Part shown: in pieces, positions 7,219 through 18,871 of the stretch | How the letters are laid out: the number at the start of each line of letters is the position of its first letter | How positions within the stretch are numbered: position 1 is the first letter of the stretch | DNA from: Acutalibacteraceae bacterium | Lineage (GTDB): Bacteria > Bacillota > Clostridia > Oscillospirales > Acutalibacteraceae | Reading direction: 5' to 3' | Assembly: GCA_045645885.1 (NCBI GenBank) | Contig: JAZRJR010000073.1 | Span: 9,824 to 73,823 of the forward strand | Length of the DNA: 64,000 nt | The notes under the pieces: generated by a model | The model's database searches: none | Told to the model about the DNA's origin: nothing | What the model saw: only the letters and a program-made list of their open reading frames with translations | Position numbers and translations under genes: made by a program

Positions 7219-8415
7219 TTATATGATTTCTTCAATGAGTTTATCCATCATAATAAGCATTCTGGGAAGGTGGAAGGGACCCTTGAAGGTGCTGCCCTTA
7301 CAAGCAGGCTCTGTAGGCTTGCCGTCACGGCGGAGATAGCCGTACCATTCACCGTATGTTCTCTCTGAGAAGTAAGTTTTTACATATTCAAAGGTCTTTT
7401 CGAAGCATTCGAAGAAGTATTCTTCATTTGTATCTCTGAGAGCCATAAGTGAAGCAATTACAATTTCATTGTGGGGCCACCAGAGCTTCATATCATGCTC
7501 ATAAGCTTCGGGAGGATTGCCGAGGCAGTCAAAGAAGTAAAGAAGACCGCCGTATTCCTTATCCCAGCCCTTGTCAAATGCCATACGGAAGATTTCTCTT
7601 GCTGTCTTGTGAATTTCTTCATTCTTCTGATAGTTAGCTTCTTCCATAAGGAACCAGCTGCATTCGATGTCGTGACCCGGATTTACAACTCTGCCTGCTG
7701 AAACGTCTGACATAAACTCACCGTTCATACCGACGCTTTCAAGTGTGCAGCCGATTTCAGGCTTGAAGTGATACTTAACGATTTCTTCAATGCACTCGTT
7801 GCTGTATCTGTCATAAAGCTCTTTGTTTTCGGGGTCAACTCTGCGCATAATTGCAGTTGTGTTGAGGAAAATCATAGGATTGCCGAGAGCTCTGCCTGTT
7901 CTTGTTTCGGGAATTGTCTTTGCGCCAAGACCTGTGGGGTCTGCTGCACCGTGGTTAAGGTCATAGATAATCTTATAAGCCTTTTTAGCTCTTTCAAGAC
8001 ATTCCTTATCGCCAGTAACACCGTAATATTCAGCGTTTGCGATACAGTAAAAGCTTTCTGAGAAGCAGTATCTTCTCTGTCTGAGAGGCTTACCGTCTGC
8101 AGTTACTGTGAAATACATTCTGTCACCGCATTCACGGTTGATGCAGTATTTTTCCATAAAGTCAAGGCAACTCTTTGAAGCAGCGAGCCATTCTTCCTTC
8201 ACACCGTAAGCGTGGCAGAGATATGCAAAAATCCAACCGCATCTGCCCTGCATCCATACGCTCTTGTCTGTTGAGTAGATTTTACCCTCTTTGTCAAGGC
8301 AGGTGTAAACACCGCCGTTTTCCTTATCAAGACCGTTTTTGAGCCAGAAGTTTACGCATATATCAAGTTCTTCCTTTGCCCACTTCTGAGCTTCAAGCAA
8401 ATATTCTTTATTCAT
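7219..8415 (-). CDS. AGE-family N-acylglucosamine 2-epimerase (ManNAc to GlcNAc, renin-binding-protein type).
   Basis: 398 aa. Recognised by overall resemblance to AGE-family (alpha/alpha)6-barrel epimerases (...GGVYTCLDKEGK...DKSVWMQGRCGWIFAYL...). It lies directly downstream of a NanA-type lyase, as in the lyase/epimerase sialic acid route. Confidence 0.8.
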   Translation of the reverse strand: MNKEYLLEAQKWAKEELDICVNFWLKNGLDKENGGVYTCLDKEGKIYSTDKSVWMQGRCGWIFAYLCHAYGVKEEWLAASKSCLDFMEKYCINRECGDRMYFTVTADGKPLRQRRYCFSESFYCIANAEYYGVTGDKECLERAKKAYKIIYDLNHGAADPTGLGAKTIPETRTGRALGNPMIFLNTTAIMRRVDPENKELYDRYSNECIEEIVKYHFKPEIGCTLESVGMNGEFMSDVSAGRVVNPGHDIECSWFLMEEANYQKNEEIHKTAREIFRMAFDKGWDKEYGGLLYFFDCLGNPPEAYEHDMKLWWPHNEIVIASLMALRDTNEEYFFECFEKTFEYVKTYFSERTYGEWYGYLRRDGKPTEPACKGSTFKGPFHLPRMLIMMDKLIEEII

Positions 8416-8434
8416 AATAATTCACCTCGGAAAA

Positions 8435-9352
8435 TCAGCCTAAAAATTCAGCCTTTGCGTCGTCAATCATCTTTTTAACTGCTGCAGCCTTAGGCTTACC
8501 CTCAGCTGTAAGAGGCATAAGAGGAGCTCTTACTGAACCGATGTCGATACCCTGAAGACGAAGAACTTCCTTTGCTGCTGCATACATATTGCATCCGCAG
8601 TCGCACATTGCATAAATAATTGCATTAACCTTGTGCTGAAGTGCATTTGCAGTCTTGATGTCGCCTGCTTTAAGAAGCTCGTCAAGCTTTAAGAAAAGCT
8701 CAGGCATAACACCGTATGTACCGCCGATACCGCCTTCTGCACCGATTGTACGGCCTGCGATAAACTGCTCGTCGGGACCGTTGAAGATTACAACATCATC
8801 TCCGCCGATCATTTTGAAGGTCTGGATATCCTGAGTGGGCATTGATGAGTTCTTTACACCTACAACTCTGGGATTCTTAAGCATCTCTTTGTAAAGAGGA
8901 AGAGTAAGGCTTACACCTGCAAGCTGAGGAATGTTGTAGATTACGAAATCGGTGTTGGGTGCTGCTGATGAAATATCGTTCCAGTATTTTGCAATTGCAT
9001 CTTCGGGAAGTCTGAAGTAAATTGTGGGAATTGAAGCGATTGCATCAACGCCGAGGCTTTCTGCGTGTGCAGCAAGCTCCATTGAATCAGCTGTATTGTT
9101 GGAAGCAACGTGAGCAATAATTGTCATCTTGTCGCCAACTGCTTCCATAACAGCTTCAAGAATAAGCTTTCTTTCTTCCTTGCTCTGATAGATACACTCA
9201 CCTGATGAACCGCAGACATAAAGACCCTTTACACCCTTTTCAAGAAGGTATGTTGCAAAAGCCTTTGTTCTTTCTGCACTTACTGAACCGTCATCGTTGT
9301 AGCAAGCATAAAAAGCAGGAATAACGCCATGGTATTTTTCAAGATTTCTCAT
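8435..9352 (-). CDS. nanA: N-acetylneuraminate lyase (DapA/NanA class I aldolase family).
   Basis: Family motifs GSSGE, IYNIP and VGVKNSS (Schiff-base Lys context). The start is moved from 9376 to the ATG at 9352 because AAGGAG lies 8 nt upstream of it (ATGATTAAAAAAGGAGTCTTTAAAATG). Confidence 0.85.
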   Translation of the reverse strand: MRNLEKYHGVIPAFYACYNDDGSVSAERTKAFATYLLEKGVKGLYVCGSSGECIYQSKEERKLILEAVMEAVGDKMTIIAHVASNNTADSMELAAHAESLGVDAIASIPTIYFRLPEDAIAKYWNDISSAAPNTDFVIYNIPQLAGVSLTLPLYKEMLKNPRVVGVKNSSMPTQDIQTFKMIGGDDVVIFNGPDEQFIAGRTIGAEGGIGGTYGVMPELFLKLDELLKAGDIKTANALQHKVNAIIYAMCDCGCNMYAAAKEVLRLQGIDIGSVRAPLMPLTAEGKPKAAAVKKMIDDAKAEFLG

Positions 9353-9386
9353 TTTAAAGACTCCTTTTTTAATCATATATGAGTAA

Positions 9387-9415
9387 ATATTACCACAATA
9401 TTTTTGTAATGTCTA
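9387..9415 (-). promoter_or_regulatory. Candidate promoter TAGACA, 17-nt spacer, (TGg)TAATAT, with an overlapping 7-5-7 palindrome.
   Basis: The reverse complement reads TAGACATTACAAAAATATTGTGGTAATAT. The palindrome AAATATT-ACCAC-AATATTT at 9385-9403 overlaps the -10 element. Confidence 0.45.
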
Positions 9416-9453
9416 TAAGTTAGCTAATTATTTTAAGAGTTTATCTCTCTTTG

Positions 9454-9657
9454 CGGTGTGACAGTTACGCTTTTTTCAGTTGAGTGCAGACGGTAAGAGA
9501 CGGGGCGCCGACCGCCGTGCTTTACGCACGGCTGCCGCACGGAGGAATCTGCGGCGCCGAAGGGCGCAGATTCCTCCATGAGGTAACAGAATGTTTCATT
9601 CTGTAGTCGGCGCCCCTTTCCCCGTTTCCGCAAATTGAAAAAAAGACTGTCACACCG
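9454..9657 (-). other. About 200-nt GC-rich element of nested inverted repeats (structured RNA or MITE-like palindromic element).
   Basis: The outer arms CGGTGTGACAGT (9454-9465) and ACTGTCACACCG (9646-9657) are perfect complements. The next layer is GGGGCGCCGAC / GTCGGCGCCCC. Inner hairpins are CCGTGC-TTTAC-GCACGG, GGAGGAATCTGCG..CGCAGATTCCTCC and ACAGAATG-TT-TCATTCTGT. It is clearly more GC-rich than its flanks. Confidence 0.45.
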
Positions 9658-9670
9658 TAGTGCAACAGTC
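9638..9670 (-). terminator. Intrinsic terminator of the AraD-like gene.
   Basis: Minus strand reads GACTGT-TGCACTACGGTGTG-ACAGTC followed by TTTTTTT. It shares its 3' arm with the outer arm of the 9454-9657 element. Confidence 0.6.
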
Positions 9671-9677
9671 TGCAGAA

Positions 9678-10367
9678 TTATTTCTGTCCGTAATAAGCAT
9701 TGGGTCCGTGCTTACGCATATAATGCTTGTCGAGAAGATACTGCTCAATGGGTTTTGCTTCGGGATTGAGCATTTCTGTTTTGAGCGCCATTTCAGCGGC
9801 TCTTTCCATTACAACCGCATTGTGAACCGCTTCGTTTGCATCCTTGCCCCAGGCAAAAGGTCCGTGACCTCTTACTACTACACCCGGCACCGCTTTGGGG
9901 TCTTTTCCCTCAAAGGCTTCGATAATAACTGTGCCTGTGTTCTTTTCATAAGCCTCTTCAACCTCTTCTTTTGTAAGCTGTCTTGTGGTGGGAATAGGGC
10001 CGTAGAAATAGTCTGCATGGGTTGTACCGTAAGCAGGAATGCTTCTGCCTGCCTGCGCCCATGAGGTTGCCCAGGTGGAATGTGTGTGGATCACACCGCC
10101 GATTTCAGGAAAAGCCTTGTAAAGCTCAATATGTGTAGGAGTATCTGATGAAGGTCTGAGATTGCCCTCAACAACATTGCCGTCAAGGTCAACAACAACC
10201 ATATGCTCAGCCTTCATTTCGTCATATTCAACACCGCTGGGTTTAATTACGATAAGACCGCTTTCTCTGTCAATTTCACTTACGTTACCCCATGTAAAAG
10301 TAACAAGTCCGTGTTTCGGAAGCTGAAGATTTGCTTTTAAAACTTTTTCTTTAAGCTGTTCTAACAT
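9678..10367 (-). CDS. araD: L-ribulose-5-phosphate 4-epimerase / class II aldolase family.
   Basis: [35 protein letters not shown]...IKPSGV...HTHS...YFYG...RGHGPF... is a full-length, close match to the AraD pattern as I know it. Start set to the ATG at 10367 (AAGGAAA upstream) rather than 10400. Confidence 0.85.
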   Translation of the reverse strand: MLEQLKEKVLKANLQLPKHGLVTFTWGNVSEIDRESGLIVIKPSGVEYDEMKAEHMVVVDLDGNVVEGNLRPSSDTPTHIELYKAFPEIGGVIHTHSTWATSWAQAGRSIPAYGTTHADYFYGPIPTTRQLTKEEVEEAYEKNTGTVIIEAFEGKDPKAVPGVVVRGHGPFAWGKDANEAVHNAVVMERAAEMALKTEMLNPEAKPIEQYLLDKHYMRKHGPNAYYGQK

Positions 10368-10380
10368 TATTATTTTCCTT

Positions 10381-11814
10381 TCAGATTGATGTGTTTTCAA
10401 TTATGAATGTTGTTACACTGTTGGGTTCAAGATTTGCTCTGAAAATTTTATTTTCAACTCTGAGCTTTTCTTCCTCGTGCCACTTTTTGCCGTCGGCTGT
10501 GCTACCTGAGGTGACAATCACCTGAGCTTCGGCTCCCACAGTCAGGAAATCACTGAGATCAAGCTCAGCCTTTCGGCTTTTCCCCTTGGTGTTAACCGCA
10601 ACAACAACCAACTTTTTATTTTCTTTATCATAAGCGCCAAGAGTGTTTTTGTCAATATGTACAAGTGTCATTCCCGGTCTTATATATCGGCTGAACTGAC
10701 CGCAGGCATAATATTTCTGAGTGAGGATAATTTCCTTTTTGTCGTGGTCGCAGCAGGTAAGTCCCCAGAAGCCTTTTGATTCATCGTAGTTTCCCCAGTC
10801 GGGATTTCCATCGTAGCCGTCTTTACTTCTGTGAAGGTCAATTGTAAGCCACATTATCCACGCCGAGGGAGAAAGACCGTTTATGTCCTTGATTATCTTT
10901 TTTGCAAACCACAGAGCGCTTGCCATATCCCCTGCGTTTTCACCGTCAACACCCGACCAGTCAGTTTCACTCTGCCAGAGATTGAAGCCTTCTTTTTTTC
11001 TCATCTCCGAAAGAGTTTTCATACGGTGAACCATATAGGTATGAGTGCTGATTCTGCCGATAGCCTTTTTTGCTTCATCAGAGTATTTCTTGTAAGCCGT
11101 AACCTGTCTGCTTGTGGAGGTTTCATCTGAAGCTGCAACAATAATATGCGAAAGACCCTCTTTATCAAAAGCCTTTCTTGTTTCCACAATAACATCAGAC
11201 TGCATTTTACCCGGATCAAGGTGGCAGCCCTCCTGCTTCGGAGAATTCATCTTCCAATAATTTGTGTTAGGCTCATTCATAGGCGCAACACTTTTTATTC
11301 TGATTCCCTTTTCCGTTTCGATATATTTTGAAACGTGGGCAAGATATTCTGCAAACTCAGTAATGCACTCAGCTTTAAGGTTATTGTCGGTTGCATTGTG
11401 ACTTCCTGAAGAGCAGCCGCTGACTGTCATAAAGTATGGCGGTGAATTTGAAAACACCTCAACCCATGCATCCTTGCCCGCCGCCTTATAACAGCATTCA
11501 AGAACATTCAGCTGATTTCGGTCAGCTTCATAATTCCAGAGCTTTTCTCCTGTTTCCTTGTTGAAGTCAAGATAACCGGGAATTGCAGAGTCTGAGCGTT
11601 TTATGTGGTTGTGTGTAGGGTCATCTCCTCCGCCGATATTATATCGCATAATGTTGAGATTAAGTCCTTCAGAAGAGAAGAAAAGCTTTGCCGCTTTTTC
11701 GCTCAGCTCGTCGCTGTAGCCTATACGGTGCCCCCACCAGCATATGCTTGAGCCGAAGCCTTCAAAGACACCTTCATTGGTTGTGCTGAAATTTTCTAAC
11801 GTTATTTTCTTCAT
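10381..11814 (-). CDS. Clan GH-A glycoside hydrolase, GH30-like (beta-1,6-glycanase / glucosylceramidase-type). No signal peptide.
   Basis: N-terminal [12 protein letters not shown], acid/base context APMNEPN and nucleophile context NLWQSETDW, followed by a C-terminal beta-sandwich-like region. This pattern is typical of GH30. Confidence 0.7.
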   Translation of the reverse strand: MKKITLENFSTTNEGVFEGFGSSICWWGHRIGYSDELSEKAAKLFFSSEGLNLNIMRYNIGGGDDPTHNHIKRSDSAIPGYLDFNKETGEKLWNYEADRNQLNVLECCYKAAGKDAWVEVFSNSPPYFMTVSGCSSGSHNATDNNLKAECITEFAEYLAHVSKYIETEKGIRIKSVAPMNEPNTNYWKMNSPKQEGCHLDPGKMQSDVIVETRKAFDKEGLSHIIVAASDETSTSRQVTAYKKYSDEAKKAIGRISTHTYMVHRMKTLSEMRKKEGFNLWQSETDWSGVDGENAGDMASALWFAKKIIKDINGLSPSAWIMWLTIDLHRSKDGYDGNPDWGNYDESKGFWGLTCCDHDKKEIILTQKYYACGQFSRYIRPGMTLVHIDKNTLGAYDKENKKLVVVAVNTKGKSRKAELDLSDFLTVGAEAQVIVTSGSTADGKKWHEEEKLRVENKIFRANLEPNSVTTFIIENTSI

Positions 11815-11844
11815 ATTATCACACCTTTGTATGAGGTTAACTTA

Positions 11845-11880
11845 ATTATACATTTATTTCCCGAATTAAAATTACATTTA
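11845..11880 (-). promoter_or_regulatory. Candidate extended -10 promoter (TGTATAAT) for the GH30-araD unit.
   Basis: The reverse complement of 11845-11852 reads TGTATAAT. The -35 region is weak and AT-rich. It lies about 30 nt upstream of the 11814 start. Confidence 0.35.
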
Positions 11881-11924
11881 AGAAATATAACTTTTATTAT
11901 TCCGTATTTTAAATTCCTTTCTTA

Positions 11925-11954
11925 TTGACAAATACACTCTGTATTTAGTACAAT
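11925..11954 (+). promoter_or_regulatory. Candidate promoter TTGACA, 18-nt spacer, TACAAT, for the beta-galactosidase gene.
   Basis: TTGACA at 11925-11930 and TACAAT at 11949-11954, 40 nt upstream of the ATG at 11995. Confidence 0.5.
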
Positions 11955-11979
11955 ATAGGATGTAAAAATATATTTATAA

Positions 11980-15132
<3,153 letters not shown>

Positions 15133-15141
15133 TTAAAGATG

Positions 15142-15174
15142 AATCCCACAGGTTTTCAGCCTGTGGGATTTTTG
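15142..15174. terminator. Bidirectional terminator between the convergent lacZ and ABC ATPase genes.
   Basis: AATCCCACAGG-TTTTCAG-CCTGTGGGATT followed by TTTT on the plus strand. The sequence before the hairpin is A-rich, which supplies the U-tract for the minus strand. Confidence 0.8.
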
Positions 15175-15930
15175 TTATCCGAAAATTATTTTCTTTTCAC
15201 CGTCAAGAACAAGTTCATATTTTTTCACATTAAAGGTGCTTTCGATTTTTCCGCTCTGAAGCACCTCTTCTTTTTTTCCGAAAGCAGCTACTCTGCCCTC
15301 ATCAAGAAGCAAAATACTGTCGGCTGTTTCAACTGCCTTGCCGAGATCGTGCATTACTACTATAAGGGTTTTCTTGTGCTTTTCTTTCAGCTCTTCAAGA
15401 AGAGAAATGAACTCCTTCTGAAACTGAATATCCATATAGGTTGTGGGCTCATCAAGAGCGATTATGCGTGTGTTCTGTGCAAGCACCATTGCAATATAAG
15501 CCTTCTGCTTTTCACCGCCTGAAAGCTCTGTAAGCTTCTTGTGACGCAATTCTTCTATGCCAACGTCAGCAATTGCTCTTTCAATCTGCTCTCTGTCCTT
15601 CTGAGAAAGGTTTTTGCCTAAATCCATATAAGGGGTTCTTCCCATAGCGACAAGTCTTTCTACAGTTATCGGCACAGAAGGCAGATACTGCGGCAGAAGA
15701 GAGATATAACCTGCTCTTTGTCTGTCTGTCATCATAGACAGGTTTTTATCTTCATAGTGAATCGTGCCTGTATATTTAGATTCACCTGTAAGGCACGACA
15801 GAAGGGTTGATTTACCGCTTCCGTTTTTGCCGATTACAGCCGTGATTGTGTGAGGCTTCACAGAAAGGTTGATTTCCTTAAGAATCTCTTTTTTGCCCTT
15901 AATTACGGAAAGATTTCGTATGTCAAGCAT
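15175..15930 (-). CDS. ABC transporter ATP-binding protein (FecE/BtuD-type).
   Basis: Walker A GKNGSGKST, signature LSGGEKQKA, Walker B IIALDEPT, H-loop VMHD. An 8-nt overlap with the upstream permease gene. Confidence 0.9.
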   Translation of the reverse strand: MLDIRNLSVIKGKKEILKEINLSVKPHTITAVIGKNGSGKSTLLSCLTGESKYTGTIHYEDKNLSMMTDRQRAGYISLLPQYLPSVPITVERLVAMGRTPYMDLGKNLSQKDREQIERAIADVGIEELRHKKLTELSGGEKQKAYIAMVLAQNTRIIALDEPTTYMDIQFQKEFISLLEELKEKHKKTLIVVMHDLGKAVETADSILLLDEGRVAAFGKKEEVLQSGKIESTFNVKKYELVLDGEKKIIFG

Positions 15931-16933
15931 TCTTCTCCCTCCTTAAAACAATATAGAGAAGGAACGGCGCACCCACAAAAGACATCACTACACCCACAGG
16001 TATTTCTGAGGGTGAAAAGACAGTTCTTCCCACAAGGTCTGCAACAAGAAGAAGAATTCCGCCAAGAGGCACCGAGGTCTTAAGCTGTTCTTCCGTGCTG
16101 CCGTCAGTTATCCTTCTCGCTATATGAGGCACCACAAGACCCACGAAGCCTAAAAGTCCCGCAAAGGATACGGCTGCTGCAGCTGAAAGTCCTCCGAGAG
16201 CAAGACAAACCACTCTGAGCAATTTTACATTTATACCGAGAGAATTGGCAATACTGTCGCCAAGACAAAGGGCGTCAATCTTTTTTGAAAGAAGAAGGGA
16301 TACAACAAAGCTGAAGGCAATCATCACTGTGGGCACAAGAAGTTCATTTTTCTCCACACCTGAAACTCCGCCCACAGAAAAGAAATTGTAATCTGTAAGA
16401 ATGTCAGGATTCAGGTAGGTAAGAAATGAAATTGCCGCATTGAGAACTGCCGTTATACCCACGCCGCAGAGAATTACGGTTGTTTTTGAAAACTGCCCTT
16501 TTGACGCCACAGAAAGAATCAGCATCGTTGTAATGAAAGCTCCCGTAAAAGCGGCAAAAGGCCGCAGATAAACTGCATAAGGCATAAAGAATAATGTCAG
16601 CGCCATAAAAAAGCCTGCACCTGCATTCACACCGATTATGTTAGGTGAAGCAAGCTCATTACCCGTTACGTTCTGAAGAAGCACACCCGAAACTGACAGG
16701 CCTGCACCTGCAACTATGGCTGCAAGAATTCTCGGAAGCCGAAGCTCAAGAAGAATGATTCTTGCCGTTTCAAATTCTTCTTTTCCGAGAAGACCGCCGA
16801 AAAACTGAGTGCTGCTCAGCTCTGCACTGCCCACACGCAAGGACAGAAGACCGCAAAAGAGCAAAATCAGCACAAGGCCGATTTTACCGTATGCTGATTT
16901 CAAATTTTGTTTTTTCAACATATTATCACTCAT
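15923..16933 (-). CDS. FecCD-family ABC permease (iron-complex / cobalamin type).
   Basis: 336 aa with about 9-10 TM helices and typical FecCD features (LRLPRILAAIVAGAGLSVSG...). An 8-nt overlap with each neighbouring gene. Confidence 0.9.
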   Translation of the reverse strand: MSDNMLKKQNLKSAYGKIGLVLILLFCGLLSLRVGSAELSSTQFFGGLLGKEEFETARIILLELRLPRILAAIVAGAGLSVSGVLLQNVTGNELASPNIIGVNAGAGFFMALTLFFMPYAVYLRPFAAFTGAFITTMLILSVASKGQFSKTTVILCGVGITAVLNAAISFLTYLNPDILTDYNFFSVGGVSGVEKNELLVPTVMIAFSFVVSLLLSKKIDALCLGDSIANSLGINVKLLRVVCLALGGLSAAAAVSFAGLLGFVGLVVPHIARRITDGSTEEQLKTSVPLGGILLLVADLVGRTVFSPSEIPVGVVMSFVGAPFLLYIVLRREKNA

Positions 16934-17867
16934 TGTTTAAAATTGTTGCTATATACTTATAGCTTTCAGCCCATCTGCTGCAGGGCTTATACTGAAACAG
17001 CTCTTTGGGAAGAAAATATACTCTCCCCTCTTTCACCGCTTCAAGATTTGCATATTCTTTTTCTTTGAAAAGGCTTTCCATATAGGCCTTGCCGTTGTCA
17101 TAATCGCCCATAACAGAAATGAAAATATACTGTGGTTTTTCTTTCAGAATCACCTCTGCGCTGAGGTTGTCAAGAAGTGCTTTTTCCTTGTCGGCAATAT
17201 TGACACAGCCTAAGTCTTCAAGAATTTTTGCAGCAAAATTATCTTCAGCCTTTTTTGCTTTGGCTGAGCTTGCTGATGAGCCTGAACGAACAAAAAGAAT
17301 TTTTGGGTTGTCTGTTCTTTTGCTTTCAGAGATTATCTTTTCAATTTCTGTTTTTGCGCTTTCGCCGTACTGCCCATAGTTTTCATTCTGAGCCGTAATT
17401 TTTGTAAGCACCTTAAGAATTGTAAGATAATCCTCAAAGGTATCCATTCGCATAAGTGCCACAGGAATTCCTGCTTTTCTGAGAAGTGATGCAGTATCCT
17501 TATGGGAAGCAATATCAGCCGAGCAGATTACAAAATCAGGCTCAAGAGAAAGCAGCTTTTCGTTGTCAATTGTTTTTCCTGCACCTGAATCAACAAGAGC
17601 CGCAGTTTCCGTTGCAAAGTCTCTTTCAACGCTCTCTCCTACGGTTGCATAAATTTCACCGCCTGCTTCAATCCAGCATTCAGCAAGTGAAGAAAACAGA
17701 ATTGCAGTTTTCTGCGGTTTTTCTGAAAGCTCAACAAGGTTTCCGTCACTGTCTGTGAAGGTCAGATAAGAGCCGTCACTCTGAGGCTTGTTGGTTTCTA
17801 TTGCACCTGAAACAAAAATTATGAGAACTACCAACACAACTGCAATAATAATACTTTTCTTATTCAT
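16926..17867 (-). CDS. ABC substrate-binding protein, BtuF/FecB class (PBP type 8), with an N-terminal membrane anchor.
   Basis: An N-terminal hydrophobic helix, then a two-lobe periplasmic-binding-protein-like sequence (...PDFVICSADIA..., ...PQYIFISVMGD...). Operon context with the FecCD permease and ATPase. Confidence 0.8.
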   Translation of the reverse strand: MNKKSIIIAVVLVVLIIFVSGAIETNKPQSDGSYLTFTDSDGNLVELSEKPQKTAILFSSLAECWIEAGGEIYATVGESVERDFATETAALVDSGAGKTIDNEKLLSLEPDFVICSADIASHKDTASLLRKAGIPVALMRMDTFEDYLTILKVLTKITAQNENYGQYGESAKTEIEKIISESKRTDNPKILFVRSGSSASSAKAKKAEDNFAAKILEDLGCVNIADKEKALLDNLSAEVILKEKPQYIFISVMGDYDNGKAYMESLFKEKEYANLEAVKEGRVYFLPKELFQYKPCSRWAESYKYIATILNNE

Positions 17868-18798
17868 TCTTCAGAATCTCTTCTTTTCTTAAAAGTATGT
17901 CATCAGAGAGAACAGCTTCTTTCACCTTATCGAAGCCTGCTCTTTCAATTGTATCTGCAAAACGTTCACCGGCTATGCCGTTTTCTTTATAAAAAAGTAT
18001 TGTCTTTTCAACAGCTGAAAGAATTTCTTCTTCTGTTTCAAAAATAAAGTCAAGAGGTGTACCTCTACCCACCTTTTTACCCCAACGTCCGCCAAGATAA
18101 AGTCTGTAGCCGCCTTTTTCAATATTCATTCCGTCAAGGTTGCAAGCACCGATACATCTTCCGCAGTTGTTGCATTTTTCTCTGTCAATTACAGGCAGAC
18201 CGTCTTTCATTGTAAGAGCCTTCATCGGACAAGTTTTTGCACAAAGTCCGCAGCCCTTACACTTTTCTTTGTTCACCTCAGGCTTGCGCTGACCGATAAT
18301 TCCAAGGTCATTGATATCAGGCTTAACACAGTTATTAGGACAACCGCCCACTGCAATTTTGAATTTATGCGGAAGCTTTACACTGTGATATTTCAGGTAA
18401 AATTCGTTATGAATTTTTTCTGAAAGTGAAAAGGTGTCAATAAGACCATACTGGCAAGTGGTACCCTTACATGAAACCACAGGACGCACCTTCGGACCTG
18501 TTCCGCCACATTCAATTCCTTTTGAATTGATAAAAGCAATGAAGTCATCCACATTGCTGTAGGGTATTCCCTGAACCTCAATTGTCATTCTTGATGTCAT
18601 TGCGAGCTTACCTGAGCCGAATCTGTCAGCGGCCTCAACAACGTTACGCACAAAATCTGTTGTTACCCGTCCGTTCACGGTGAGAACTCTGCAATTGAAT
18701 TTATCTTCTGTCGTTTTATCTCTAAGAAAACCAAGTCCTTTTATTCTTGCAACTTCAGCTGCAGGAACAGAACATTTCGGATAAATCGGTTTATTCAT
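17860..18798 (-). CDS. Sulfite/nitrite-reductase-like Fe-S protein with an inserted 2x[4Fe-4S] ferredoxin domain (AsrC/DsrA-like architecture).
   Basis: An NIR_SIR ferredoxin-like half-domain, the Cys clusters SCKGTTC and GGCPNNC (sirohaem-[4Fe-4S] type), then two CxxCxxCxxxCP-type motifs (CKGCGLCAKTCP and CNNCGRCIGACN). Confidence 0.75.
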   Translation of the reverse strand: MNKPIYPKCSVPAAEVARIKGLGFLRDKTTEDKFNCRVLTVNGRVTTDFVRNVVEAADRFGSGKLAMTSRMTIEVQGIPYSNVDDFIAFINSKGIECGGTGPKVRPVVSCKGTTCQYGLIDTFSLSEKIHNEFYLKYHSVKLPHKFKIAVGGCPNNCVKPDINDLGIIGQRKPEVNKEKCKGCGLCAKTCPMKALTMKDGLPVIDREKCNNCGRCIGACNLDGMNIEKGGYRLYLGGRWGKKVGRGTPLDFIFETEEEILSAVEKTILFYKENGIAGERFADTIERAGFDKVKEAVLSDDILLRKEEILKNE

Positions 18799-18829
18799 AA
18801 TAGCATCTCCTTTTTTCAGATACTATAAC

Positions 18830-18857
18830 AGTATAGCACTTTTTACTGAAATTTCAA
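18830..18857 (-). promoter_or_regulatory. Promoter TTGAAA, 16-nt spacer, (TGc)TATACT, for the reductase-ABC operon.
   Basis: The reverse complement reads TTGAAATTTCAGTAAAAAGTGCTATACT, about 30 nt upstream of the ATG at 18798. Confidence 0.5.
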
Positions 18858-18871
18858 CCCTTTTGAGCACG

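Noticed and set aside
9433-9633. The 66-aa minus-strand ORF (MRKRGKGRRLQNETF...).
   Set aside because: It coincides with the GC-rich nested-palindrome element. Its Arg/Gly-rich translation is a by-product of GC-rich hairpins, and it has no RBS.
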